A DNA stretch of 64,000 nt from Candidatus Magasanikiibacteriota bacterium (lineage in GTDB: Bacteria > Patescibacteriota > Patescibacteriia > Magasanikbacterales > GWA2-37-8), in NCBI GenBank assembly GCA_016182085.1, contig JACOYB010000006.1:2015-66014 (forward strand). The letters run 5' to 3'. Every line of letters starts with the position of its first letter. Position 1 is the first letter of the stretch. Of this stretch, positions 1 to 8,620 are shown piece by piece. The position numbers and the translations under genes were made by a program. A model generated the notes under the pieces. It was given only the letters and a program-made list of their open reading frames with translations, made no database searches and was not told the origin of the DNA.

Positions 1-1
1 T

Positions 2-103
2 GGTACGCAAACCATGATCTGGGCGGTGATTGGCGTGGCACTGGTCTTGGGAAGCTATATACTGCTGTCCACCTTCTTAAATTTTTTAACTAGGAATGGC
101 TAA
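2..103 (+). CDS. 3' end of a CPR-type pilin-like protein (truncated by window edge)
   Basis: Frame from base 2 reads GTQTMIWAVIGVALVLGSYILLSTFLNFLTRNG*, matching the second TM helix (A-x-I-G..SY) of the downstream pilins. Confidence 0.7.
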   Translation, partial: GTQTMIWAVIGVALVLGSYILLSTFLNFLTRNG

Positions 104-177
104 AAAGGTATGGTATACTATTTTTATAAATTGTTACGATATATGACCATTCTTTCTTACGGAAAGGGGGTGAAAAT

Positions 178-561
178 ATGATGAAATTGAAACAAGTGTT
201 TGCCATGTTAGGTGTGTTTGCCATGTTGGCCCCGGCCGTAGTAATGGCTCAGACTCCGGATGTAACCCCAAATGATTTGGGAATTCAATACGGAGAAGCC
301 ACAGGTTTGGGAAGCAAAGATATCCGCGTTACCGTAGCCAGTATTATTCGTACAGCTATGGGACTTCTCGGTATCGTAGCCGTGGTAATCATTCTTATCG
401 GTGGTTTTAAATGGATGACCGCTGGTGGAAATGACGAACAAACAGGTGAAGCCAAGCAATGGATATTTTCCGGTATTATCGGTTTGGCCATTATCTTGTC
501 TGCCTACGCTTTGGCAACGTACGTTGTCAGCAGTTTGGTGGCAGCTACTACAGGACCATAA
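178..561 (+). CDS. CPR pilin-like protein (TrbC/VirB2-like two-TM pilin)
   Basis: Signal peptide ending VMA-Q; GGFKWMTAGGNDEQ..AK..I.SGIIGLAIILSAY motif; SD GAAAGGGGGTGA upstream. Confidence 0.85.
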   Translation: MMKLKQVFAMLGVFAMLAPAVVMAQTPDVTPNDLGIQYGEATGLGSKDIRVTVASIIRTAMGLLGIVAVVIILIGGFKWMTAGGNDEQTGEAKQWIFSGIIGLAIILSAYALATYVVSSLVAATTGP

Positions 562-649
562 TTATTATAATTATACAGAGAAAAAACGCGCTTGTTTTGT
601 TAATACTAACCAAGCAAGCGCGATTTCTCTGGGTTAAAGGCCGTTAATT

Positions 650-784
650 GTCATTCTGATCAGAGCGAAGAATCCCTCTTCACTGTCATTCCCGCCCGAG
701 AGCGGGAATCCAGTCGACAATTGTCTGGATTCCCAATCAAGTTGGGAATGACAGACAAAAATCCTTCGTTACACTGAGGATGAC
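650..784. repeat. Nested GTCAT...ATGAC palindromic element (inner ATTCCC/GGGAAT unit 685-752)
   Basis: Outer GTCATTCTGA..AGGATGAC encloses GTCATTCCCGC..GCGGGAATCCAG..CTGGATTCCC..GGGAATGAC; homologous copies at 30908, 32971, 35012, 53502. Confidence 0.9.
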
Positions 785-814
785 AAAATAAATTGTCTTA
801 AAAGCGGTATTGAT

Positions 815-1339
815 ATGTCACTGAAAAAAATATTTTTACTTGTAGCGGTAATCGGAGTAGTGTTGCCGGTTTTTGTGTTTGCCGATGAGTTTGGTTTGCA
901 GGATGCTGCGCCCCCTGGATTAATCGGTAGCGGCTCCAATGTAAATTCCAGTCAAGCGCTCCCTGAGCTTATTGGTACGATTGTTGGCACAGTGCTTTCA
1001 TTTGTTGGGGCCATATTTTTCCTCCTTATTTTATATGCCGGTCTTTTATGGATGATCGCTTTTGGCAACAGTGAACGAGTAGATAGAGCTAAAAGCATTG
1101 TGGAACATGCGGCCATAGGTCTTATTATTGTGCTTGCGGCTTACGCAATATCCAGGTTTGTCTTTGGTGCCTTAACAAGTACCGACAATAATGCCCCGGC
1201 ACCGACGGCGGCTACAGTAAATTGTCCGTTTATTACGGAGGCAGTTGAATGTAATAATCAATACGATAATGAAACCAGCGTTCCTTTATGTAGATGGGTA
1301 GGGACAGTACAAAATGGTAATTGTGAAAGGAATATTTAA
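815..1339 (+). CDS. CPR pilin-like protein with C-terminal 4-Cys domain
   Basis: YAGLLWMIAFGNSERVDRAK..AAIGLIIVLAAY motif; Cys-rich tail. Confidence 0.85.
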   Translation: MSLKKIFLLVAVIGVVLPVFVFADEFGLQDAAPPGLIGSGSNVNSSQALPELIGTIVGTVLSFVGAIFFLLILYAGLLWMIAFGNSERVDRAKSIVEHAAIGLIIVLAAYAISRFVFGALTSTDNNAPAPTAATVNCPFITEAVECNNQYDNETSVPLCRWVGTVQNGNCERNI

Positions 1340-1353
1340 ATTTAAAATAGCGT

Positions 1354-1884
1354 ATGAAAAAATTTATTTTAACAGCTGCTATAGCCTTAACCATGATGCT
1401 ACCCGTATTTGTCTCGGCCCAGGGGTTACAAGACGCCGGTAAAATTTTAGGCAATATCGGCGGTGAAAGCGGTGAACGACTTGGCGTTTCCGGAGATTTG
1501 GCCACCAGTATAGCCACCGTAATTAAAGCTGTGTTAGCGCTTGTAGGTACTATATTTCTGGTCCTGACCATTTACGCGGGTATAATGTGGATGACCGCTC
1601 AAGGGAACGAAGAAACGGTGACAAAAGCCATGGGAGTTTTAAAAGCTGCGGTAATAGGTTTGGTAATTGTGATGTCCGCATATGCTGTTACTGCTTTTGT
1701 TACCAGCAGGTTGGGAAACCTTTCCGGAAACAACTCCTCTTCATCTCAAACACAAATAACCTGCTCAAGTTTTACAGACCAATCCGGATGTTTGGCGCCG
1801 CGAGATGCCAGCGGCAATTTTGTATGTGCCTGGTCCGTAAGCGCGCAGACAGGACAGACAAGCTGTGAGACAAACACTCAATAA
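1354..1884 (+). CDS. CPR pilin-like protein with C-terminal 4-Cys domain
   Basis: YAGIMWMTAQGNEETVTKA..AAVIGLVIVMSAY motif; Cys tail similar to 815..1339. Confidence 0.85.
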   Translation: MKKFILTAAIALTMMLPVFVSAQGLQDAGKILGNIGGESGERLGVSGDLATSIATVIKAVLALVGTIFLVLTIYAGIMWMTAQGNEETVTKAMGVLKAAVIGLVIVMSAYAVTAFVTSRLGNLSGNNSSSSQTQITCSSFTDQSGCLAPRDASGNFVCAWSVSAQTGQTSCETNTQ

Positions 1885-1885
1885 T

Positions 1886-2254
1886 ATGAAAAAATATTTA
1901 CTAGTTTCATTATTGGCCTTAAGCTTTCTTTTTGTACCGGCTACCTCTATTTTGGCTCAAACTGATCTTTCTCAAGATATCGCAAACAAAAGCGGTTATG
2001 GACAAGCGGGAGCCTCAACTCTTTCAGAAACTGCGGGTAAAATTATTAAAGCTGTGTTAGGAGTTTTAGGCGTACTATTTCTTGCCCTTACCGTGTACGC
2101 CGGATTTTTATGGATGACCGCGGCCGGCAATGATGAACAGATAACAAAAGCCATGGGGATTTTAAAAACTGCAATTATAGGTTTGGTTATTATTTTAGTT
2201 TCCTATAGTCTTACGTATTTTATTTTAGGCGAAGTATTTAAAGCTACGATGTAA
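1886..2254 (+). CDS. CPR pilin-like protein
   Basis: Start reassigned to ATG 1886 (MKKYLLV signal peptide); YAGFLWMTAAGNDEQITKA motif. Confidence 0.85.
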   Translation: MKKYLLVSLLALSFLFVPATSILAQTDLSQDIANKSGYGQAGASTLSETAGKIIKAVLGVLGVLFLALTVYAGFLWMTAAGNDEQITKAMGILKTAIIGLVIILVSYSLTYFILGEVFKATM

Positions 2255-2265
2255 ATAATCATAAT

Positions 2266-2748
2266 ATGAAAAAAATATTTACGCTGGCATTTTTTCTTAC
2301 CTCTATATTCTGTGTTCTATATTCTACACCGGTAGGCGCCCAATCTTCAGGCTCAAATCCTCGCCAAGATGCCTTTGATCAATTACGCGCTGCCGGCGGT
2401 TCAAGCGGGGCAGATTTTAATAATCCTAACAATCCTACCGATCCGCGTACACTGGCAGCTAGAATTATTAGTATAGTACTTGGAATAATTGGCACGATAT
2501 TTCTCGCGCTCATTGTCTATGCCGGATTTTTATGGATGACCGCGGCCGGCAATGATGAACAGATAAGCAAGGCCAAGGGTTTATTATATAATGGTGCGAT
2601 CGGCCTGGCAGTAATTTTAGCAGCCTATTCTATTACTTATTTTGTTACGGAAGCCCTTGTAACAGGTACAACCGGAGGAAATTATCAGGGCCAAAATTTT
2701 AATGATTATTGTGTGCAAAATCCATTAGACCCAAATTGCGCGCAATAG
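2266..2748 (+). CDS. CPR pilin-like protein
   Basis: YAGFLWMTAAGNDEQISKAK..GAIGLAVILAAY; 2-Cys tail. Confidence 0.85.
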   Translation: MKKIFTLAFFLTSIFCVLYSTPVGAQSSGSNPRQDAFDQLRAAGGSSGADFNNPNNPTDPRTLAARIISIVLGIIGTIFLALIVYAGFLWMTAAGNDEQISKAKGLLYNGAIGLAVILAAYSITYFVTEALVTGTTGGNYQGQNFNDYCVQNPLDPNCAQ

Positions 2749-2757
2749 AAGTGCTGA

Positions 2758-3846
2758 TCAATTTTTAAAAACATGTTCCAAAATAATCTTACTCGGATCA
2801 GGGTAAGATTTTTTGTGTATCATATCGGGTTTAGAAAGTACGAGTTCTATCTTACTCGCCAAATCATCGCTTGAGTGTGCCTGCATGCCATACTGGTTTT
2901 TTTCCAAATATGCCGTATTATAATCTTCTTGTCCGGGAATCGGATTGATAATAATAATTGGCTTTTGCAAAAATAACGCTTCAGAAATGGTGAGTCCGCC
3001 GGCCTTGCTTATAATCACATCGGCAATTCTCATAAGTTCATCTATATTTTCAACATTTTTGAGTAGGATAAAGTTATGCCGCCCACTCGGCCTTAACTCG
3101 CTTAATTTATTAAATGTTTTTTCATTATTTTTTCCGGAAATCGCGATAATATTGAGAGGCCGGTTAAAATTATGGCTAAAAATATGTCGTACCGCCTGCT
3201 CCGGCTTTATATTTCCGCCAGAAACCGGCATTAGTAATATAATAGGCCAATTATTATGAATATTAAATTTGGTTCTTAACTCTTGAGTATTTTTTTCTTC
3301 AAAGAAGCTGGGGTGAATGGGAATGCCGCTAGCCACAGAGTTGATACCGATTTTTGCTAAATCATTTTTTACTTCTTCCGTGGGTACGAATAAGTTTTTA
3401 TTTTTTGGGGAGAGCCAAATTTTATGAGCATAGTAATCGGTTACTACCGCAGCAATAGGAGTGGTATTTTTTTTAGGCAAAATAAATTGAGGTAAGTAGT
3501 GAGTGGAAATTATAAGGTCTGCCTGGTAATCATGTATCTGTTTTATAAATTTTCTGCTTCCTATAGCTATAATTGGGGCCAGGATTTTGAATAGTTTTTG
3601 CACAAACCAATGATCCGTTACATGATAGACAATTTTATAAGATAAGGGGATCAATTTAGAAAAAAAACTATAAAAAGACACTACATATATGTAGGCGATG
3701 CTGTCCAAATGGTTGGCCATATCAAGATGGACTATTTGGGTATCCGGGTAAAGTTTTTCGCAGGTAAGCCGAAGCGCTTCAGCGGCCCGAAAATGCCCGG
3801 ATCCGGTGGAGCACGATACAATAAGTATCTTTTTACCTTCTGGCAT
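2758..3846 (-). CDS. GT28 diacylglycerol glycosyltransferase (UgtP/MGDG synthase-like)
   Basis: STGSGHFRAA N-terminus, VVTDY..H..W, GIPI, ISKAGGLTISEA, IPGQEDYN motifs. Confidence 0.85.
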   Translation of the reverse strand: MPEGKKILIVSCSTGSGHFRAAEALRLTCEKLYPDTQIVHLDMANHLDSIAYIYVVSFYSFFSKLIPLSYKIVYHVTDHWFVQKLFKILAPIIAIGSRKFIKQIHDYQADLIISTHYLPQFILPKKNTTPIAAVVTDYYAHKIWLSPKNKNLFVPTEEVKNDLAKIGINSVASGIPIHPSFFEEKNTQELRTKFNIHNNWPIILLMPVSGGNIKPEQAVRHIFSHNFNRPLNIIAISGKNNEKTFNKLSELRPSGRHNFILLKNVENIDELMRIADVIISKAGGLTISEALFLQKPIIIINPIPGQEDYNTAYLEKNQYGMQAHSSDDLASKIELVLSKPDMIHKKSYPDPSKIILEHVFKN

Positions 3847-3862
3847 ACCTTAACTTTTAATT

Positions 3863-3938
3863 TGGGGTGGCCTACGGGAGTTGAACCCGTGTTGCGAGAT
3901 CCACAATCTCACGTAATAACCGTTATACCAAGGCCACC
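3863..3938 (-). tRNA. tRNA-His(GTG)
   Basis: GGTGGCCTTGGTATAACGG..TTGTGGA..GGTTCAACTCCC..GGCCACCCCA; G-1 and encoded CCA. Confidence 0.93.
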
Positions 3939-3952
3939 ATCTATTTCCCTTG

Positions 3953-4140
3953 TGTTCCCAGTAGGAATCGAACCTACACATCCAGCTTACCCGCCCGCCT
4001 GACTCGTCTAGTGACCCCAGTAGGAATCGAACCTACACATCCAGCTTAGAAGGCTAGTGTCCTATCCATTAAACGATGGAGTCAACAGGCGAGTCGGGCG
4101 GGGAAGGCCCCTATTATATATTAGATTAAACGATGGGAAC
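3953..4140 (-). pseudogene. Interrupted outer tRNA-Arg(TCT) copy split in the anticodon by a 113-bp insertion (3990-4102)
   Basis: Acceptor stem GTTCCCA/TGGGAAC; 33 nt (3957-3989) identical to inner tRNA 4016-4048; CTTC^TAA split; D-arm region degenerate. Confidence 0.75.
4012..4083 (-). tRNA. tRNA-Arg(TCT), intact, nested inside the insertion
   Basis: GACTCCA..CTAGC CTTCTAA GCTGG..GTAGG TTCGATT CCTAC TGGGGTC A cloverleaf. Confidence 0.9.
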
Positions 4141-4168
4141 AGTTTAAATAGTATTAATTTATGTGCAG

Positions 4169-4239
4169 AGCTTATGCGCTCCAGACGCACCCGCCTTGGG
4201 CGGGGAAGGCTGGTGTTTTATCCACTGAACTATGAGGAC
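4169..4239 (-). pseudogene. Third tRNA-Arg(TCT) remnant: 5' half + 30-bp insertion at the same anticodon site
   Basis: GTCCTCATAGTTCAGTGGATAAAACACCAGCCTTC[CCCGCCCAAGGCGGGTGCGTCTGGAGCGCA]TAAGCT; T-arm lost. Confidence 0.7.
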
Positions 4240-4323
4240 GAAAAAAGCAAAACTATTCTACCTTATTTTTACAGATAAATCAAGGTATGGTACAATTATC
4301 ACTATAATACAGTGATTATAGTT

Positions 4324-4671
4324 ATGGTTAGAAAATTTTTTTTGGTTTTTATATTTTTCTTCGCGCTTTTTAGCATGGCAGCTCCGGTTGCGGCTCAATT
4401 TGGATTGCAAGCAACGGCGAACAAGGCCCAATACGGAGAAACTAATATTTATTCTGTAATCAGCACGGTAATTAGCATGGTACTCTCATTTACCGGTATA
4501 GTTTTTTTGGCCGTTATGTTTTATGCCGGACTCCGCTGGATGACTGCTCGTGGGAATGAAGAATTCGCTACTAAAGCCAAAGATGCCATGTTTGCCGCGG
4601 TTATCGGTTTTATCCTGGTAGTAGCTGCCTATGGAATTTCTACCTTTGTCTTTAACAATCTTCTAAAATAG
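4324..4671 (+). CDS. CPR pilin-like protein (detached copy)
   Basis: YAGLRWMTARGNEEFATKAK..AAVIGFILVVAAY; ATG 4324 in frame with ORF 4312. Confidence 0.82.
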   Translation: MVRKFFLVFIFFFALFSMAAPVAAQFGLQATANKAQYGETNIYSVISTVISMVLSFTGIVFLAVMFYAGLRWMTARGNEEFATKAKDAMFAAVIGFILVVAAYGISTFVFNNLLK

Positions 4672-4866
4672 ACGCTGTATAGCTTGGCTTCTGCGGGGTT
4701 GACCCCATTAAATGTCGCTCTGCGACACCGCCTTGGGCGGATTTAACAAGGGTTGACTTTTTTTGAGTTTTGGGATAAGCTTACAGGCGTATTTAATAAA
4801 CTCCATTTTTGGGGGCGGACTGCCAAGAAACATACTCCTGGCTAGCTCGTTAAGCAACATTTTTGT

Positions 4867-5229
4867 ATGCTAGATAAAAAGAAAAAACAACAGATAATCA
4901 AGAAGTTCCAGTTACACGAGGGTGACACCGGTTCCAACGAAGTTCAGATTGCCATTTTAGCAGCTGAAATTGAGGAACTTGCGGGTCATTTGAAAACCCA
5001 CGCCAAAGACCATTCTTCTCGCCGAGGTTTGCTTCGCAAGGTAAGCAGCCGCCGCAACTTGATGCGTTATTTGAAAAAAGAAAACCCAAAGAGTTACGAA
5101 GAATTGGTGAAAAAACTTAAAATCAAGCCGGCCAAAGTAATCTCCAAACCGGATGGTTCTACCGTGGAAGTTGAAGATGATTTGAGCGACGAAGATTTAA
5201 TGAAGCAAAACCATGAGTCAGGTAATTAA
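4867..5229 (+). CDS. rpsO: 30S ribosomal protein S15 with acidic C-terminal extension
   Basis: [27 protein letters not shown] motif; upstream of pnp. Confidence 0.97.
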   Translation: MLDKKKKQQIIKKFQLHEGDTGSNEVQIAILAAEIEELAGHLKTHAKDHSSRRGLLRKVSSRRNLMRYLKKENPKSYEELVKKLKIKPAKVISKPDGSTVEVEDDLSDEDLMKQNHESGN

Positions 5230-5788
5230 TAAAAAAAGAAACACGCTTAAACACCCCGACCAGAGAGTAGGGGTGTTTATTGATGTGCAGAATATGTATT
5301 ACAGCGCCAAAAATTTATTTGGCGCCAAAGTTAATTTTGGCAATATCGTAAAAGAAGCCACCGCCGGCCGAAAACTTATCCGCGCGATTGCCTATGTGGT
5401 CAGCACCGAAAGCAAGGAAGAGCAGCCGTTTTTTGATGCCTTGTACAATTTAGGCATAGAAACCAAAGACAAACCACTGCAAATTTTCTTAGGCGGCGAA
5501 AAAAAAGCCGACTGGGATGTGGGGCTAGCTGTAGATGCCATTAGATTTTCTTCCAACTTAGACGCTATAGTTTTAGTAAGCGGTGATGGCGACTATGTGC
5601 CGCTCGTAGATTATTTAAGAGGCCAAGGCAAACAAGTGGAAGTAATGTCATTTGGCGGCACAGCTTCGGGAAAGCTTATAGAAGAAGCCGATGATTTTAT
5701 AGACTTGAGTCAGGACAAAGCAAAGTTTCTAATTGCGGACAAAAGATACGCCGCAAAGAAACCGATATATCCGCCTAAAAAAATTTAA
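5213..5788 (+). CDS. NYN/LabA (DUF88) PIN-like domain protein
   Basis: [39 protein letters not shown] motifs. Confidence 0.92.
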   Translation: MSQVINKKRNTLKHPDQRVGVFIDVQNMYYSAKNLFGAKVNFGNIVKEATAGRKLIRAIAYVVSTESKEEQPFFDALYNLGIETKDKPLQIFLGGEKKADWDVGLAVDAIRFSSNLDAIVLVSGDGDYVPLVDYLRGQGKQVEVMSFGGTASGKLIEEADDFIDLSQDKAKFLIADKRYAAKKPIYPPKKI

Positions 5789-5923
5789 TAATTTAATGAA
5801 GTTGGTTTGAGGACACATAGACCATATTTGGTCTGTAGCTCTCAAATCATCTTCCGCCCGCCTTTGCTTAAGCTTCGGCGCGGCAAGAAAGTCCCGGAGG
5901 TAAACCCTTTGGGGAAATATAAT

Positions 5924-8140
5924 ATGTCAGTAAAAAATTGGTCCATGGAATGGGGGGGAAGAACTCTCTCTGTGGAAACAGGTAAGTTGGCTTTACAGGC
6001 CAATGCTTCTTGTATGGTAAGTTATGGCGACACAGTCTTTTTGGCTACTGCCACCATGAGCAAAAACACTCGCGACGGTATAGATTTTCTTCCACTCATG
6101 GTGAACTTTGAAGAAAAGTTATATGCCGCCGGTAAAATCAAAGGCAGCCGCTTTATCAAGCGCGAAGGCCGACCAAGCGACGATGCTATTTTATCCGGCC
6201 GGCTAGTAGACAGAGCTATTCGTCCTCTTTTCAATGATAGTTTACGCAACGATATACAGGTAATTCTAACTGCTCTATCTTTTGACGGAGAAGTTGACTC
6301 GCAAATTCCGGCAATGGTAGCTGCGTCAATCGCGCTATCTATTTCTTCTATTCCTTGGAAAGGTCCTATCGGCGGCGTGCGCGTAGGATCTGTAGACGGA
6401 AAGTGGAAAATAAACCCAACCATTACCGAAAGACAAACTAGCAATGTAGATATTGTGGTAGCCGGCACTCCGGAAAAAGTAATTATGGTAGAAGCGGCTT
6501 GTAAAGAAACTCCGGAAAACGATGTAATAGAAGCGATGCAGTTTGGCGCCAAAGAGATGGCCCCGCTTTTGGATTTTATAAACAAAATTCAAGCCGAAGC
6601 AGGCCAGCCAAAAATGGCGGCTGCCGAAACCGAAAGCGAAGCAGAAATCGCTTTGCAAAAAGCGGAAAAAGAAGCCGACGAGTTGGTGGCTAGCCATGTG
6701 CAAGATTGGATTTTTGATTCAGCTAAGGTAGACAGAAAAGAACGAGTAGCGCTGATCAATAAATTTAGCGATGCCATAAAACAAATGCTGGTAGAAAAAG
6801 AAACCGACGAAACCGTCATGAAAATTGTTTTGGGCCGCGTAAAAATTTATGTAGAAAAATATATTACCGAACAAATCCTGAAAAATAACCAGCGTTTGGA
6901 TGGCCGCAGTATTACCGATGTGCGCGCGCTTAGCGCCGAAGTTGGGTTGCTTCCCCGCACTCACGGTACAGGTATGTTTATGCGCGGCGACACCCAAGTA
7001 TTATCTGTAGTTACTCTTGGCGCTCCCGGCGATGTACAAACTGTAGATACTATGGAAGAAGACGGCACCAAACGCTATATGCATCACTATAGCGACACCC
7101 CAGCCACCTATGGCGAAACCGGCCCACTTCGCGGACCAGGCAACCGAGCTATTGGTCATGGAGCGCTAGCCGAAAGAGCTTTGGAATCTATGCTTCCTGC
7201 CGAAACTGATTTCCCTTACGCAATGAGAGTAGTATCCGAAGTTCTTGGTTCAAACGGCTCTAGTTCCATGGCTTCTGTTTGCGGTTCTACCTTGGCTCTT
7301 ATGGATGCCGGCGTACCGATCAAGAAACCGGTAGCCGGTATTGCGATGGGTCTGGCTAGTGACAAAAGTGGTAACTGGAAAGTTATTACCGACCTACAAG
7401 ATGTAGAAGACGGTCCGGGCGGCATGGATTTCAAGATCGCCGGCACCGCCGATGGAGTAACTGCAATCCAGATGGATACCAAAACCGAAGGTTTAAATTG
7501 GGAAATTGTAAAACAAACATTCTCTCAATCCAAAGAAGCCAGGGTTAAAATTTTGGGCTTCATGAGCAATATTATTTCCGCGCCTCGCGCAGACTTATCC
7601 AAATACGCGCCTCGCATTGTAACAATAAATATCAATCCGGATAAAATCCGTGATGTGATCGGCCCGGGCGGTAAGATGATCAACAAAATCATCGCCGAAA
7701 CCGGCGTATCTATTGATATAGAAGATGACGGACGTGTGTTTGTTACTTCTTCCGATGCAGTTGGCATGGAAAAAGCCGTGCAATGGGTCAAAGAATTAAC
7801 CCATGAAGTAACTGCCGGAGAAATTTATGAAGGCACAGTCGTGCGCATAGAAGATTTTGGCGCGTTTGTACAGGTGCTCCCGGGTCAAGATGGACTCGTA
7901 CATGTTAGTGAAATAGCATGGACACGCACCAATAGTCCCGGAGATGTGTTGAATCTGGGTGATAAGGTAAAAGTGGTTGTAAAGGAAATAGACAGCATGG
8001 GCCGCATTAATTTAAGCATGAAGCAATTATCGCCAAAACCGGAAGGCTATGTAGATCAGCCAAGATTTGAAAGACCGCCGCGCAGTGGAGGTGGACATGG
8101 TGGAAGCAGAGGCGGACATGGCGGCGGCAGAGGAAGATAA
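5924..8140 (+). CDS. pnp: Polyribonucleotide nucleotidyltransferase (PNPase)
   Basis: ETGKLALQANAS, DFLPLMVNFEEK, SNGSSSMASVC, GMDFKIAGT, KH and S1 domains; start reassigned to ATG 5924. Confidence 0.98.
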   Translation: MSVKNWSMEWGGRTLSVETGKLALQANASCMVSYGDTVFLATATMSKNTRDGIDFLPLMVNFEEKLYAAGKIKGSRFIKREGRPSDDAILSGRLVDRAIRPLFNDSLRNDIQVILTALSFDGEVDSQIPAMVAASIALSISSIPWKGPIGGVRVGSVDGKWKINPTITERQTSNVDIVVAGTPEKVIMVEAACKETPENDVIEAMQFGAKEMAPLLDFINKIQAEAGQPKMAAAETESEAEIALQKAEKEADELVASHVQDWIFDSAKVDRKERVALINKFSDAIKQMLVEKETDETVMKIVLGRVKIYVEKYITEQILKNNQRLDGRSITDVRALSAEVGLLPRTHGTGMFMRGDTQVLSVVTLGAPGDVQTVDTMEEDGTKRYMHHYSDTPATYGETGPLRGPGNRAIGHGALAERALESMLPAETDFPYAMRVVSEVLGSNGSSSMASVCGSTLALMDAGVPIKKPVAGIAMGLASDKSGNWKVITDLQDVEDGPGGMDFKIAGTADGVTAIQMDTKTEGLNWEIVKQTFSQSKEARVKILGFMSNIISAPRADLSKYAPRIVTININPDKIRDVIGPGGKMINKIIAETGVSIDIEDDGRVFVTSSDAVGMEKAVQWVKELTHEVTAGEIYEGTVVRIEDFGAFVQVLPGQDGLVHVSEIAWTRTNSPGDVLNLGDKVKVVVKEIDSMGRINLSMKQLSPKPEGYVDQPRFERPPRSGGGHGGSRGGHGGGRGR

Positions 8141-8150
8141 GCTAATAAAT

Positions 8151-8190
8151 AAAAAAACAATCCCGACTTCGCGGGGTTGTTTTTTTTTAT
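8151..8190 (+). terminator. Intrinsic terminator after pnp
   Basis: AAAAAAACAATCCCG-ACTTCG-CGGGGTTGTTTTTTT hairpin with T-tract. Confidence 0.75.
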
Positions 8191-8247
8191 TTTCTATGGT
8201 ATCAATAATACTCGTCCAGCTTCGCTTTGGCGGGGGTGGAAACTGTA

Positions 8248-8331
8248 GCCGCGGTGGTGAAATTGGTAGACACGCCAGCCTTAGGAGCTGGTTCTCGCAA
8301 GGGAATGAGAGTTCGAGTCTCTCCCGCGGCA
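8248..8331 (+). tRNA. tRNA-Leu(TAG)
   Basis: GCCGCGG..CCAGC CTTAGGA GCTGG, long variable arm, GTTCGAGTC, CCGCGGC A. Confidence 0.95.
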
Positions 8332-8511
8332 CATAAGAGCAACACGATAGTTTGTGTTGTGACAAGAGACGAGAACGCCGGAGCGATATCGCACGACGCA
8401 GGCTGGCGAGTGCGATCGCGAGGCGGTCCGCCCAGATGAATCCGTTCGGACGGGTGGCTAGACAAAATTTTCGGAAGAAAATTTTAGTCGAAGCCGAGTC
8501 TCTCCCGCGGC
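8332..8511 (+). mobile_element. ~180-bp tRNA-3'-associated structured element, copy A
   Basis: Ends with exact 17-bp duplicate (8495-8511) of tRNA 3' end 8314-8330; core homologous to 62333-62493. Confidence 0.75.
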
Positions 8512-8560
8512 GCAAAAAAAGCAGAACAAAAATATTTTTTATAAGAGCTTCGCCACATAT

Positions 8561-8620
8561 ATACTCATTCGCTCGGAAATTATTAAATCTATTTAATAAT
8601 TTCTCTCACTCATTTCGTAT
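8561..8620 (+). repeat. Start-codon-abutting hairpin cassette (CTCATTCGCTCGGAA-hairpin-CTCACTCATTTCG-NNN-ATG)
   Basis: Homologues at 33670-33785, 52453-52545, 58999-59133. Confidence 0.85.

Noticed and set aside
3990-4102. Group I intron in tRNA-Arg
   Set aside because: Too short, lacks P7/R/S core motifs, and is mostly occupied by an intact tRNA.
5807-5923. N-terminal extension of PNPase
   Set aside because: The region consists of hairpins including a CCGCC..GGCG repeat; homology begins at ATG 5924.
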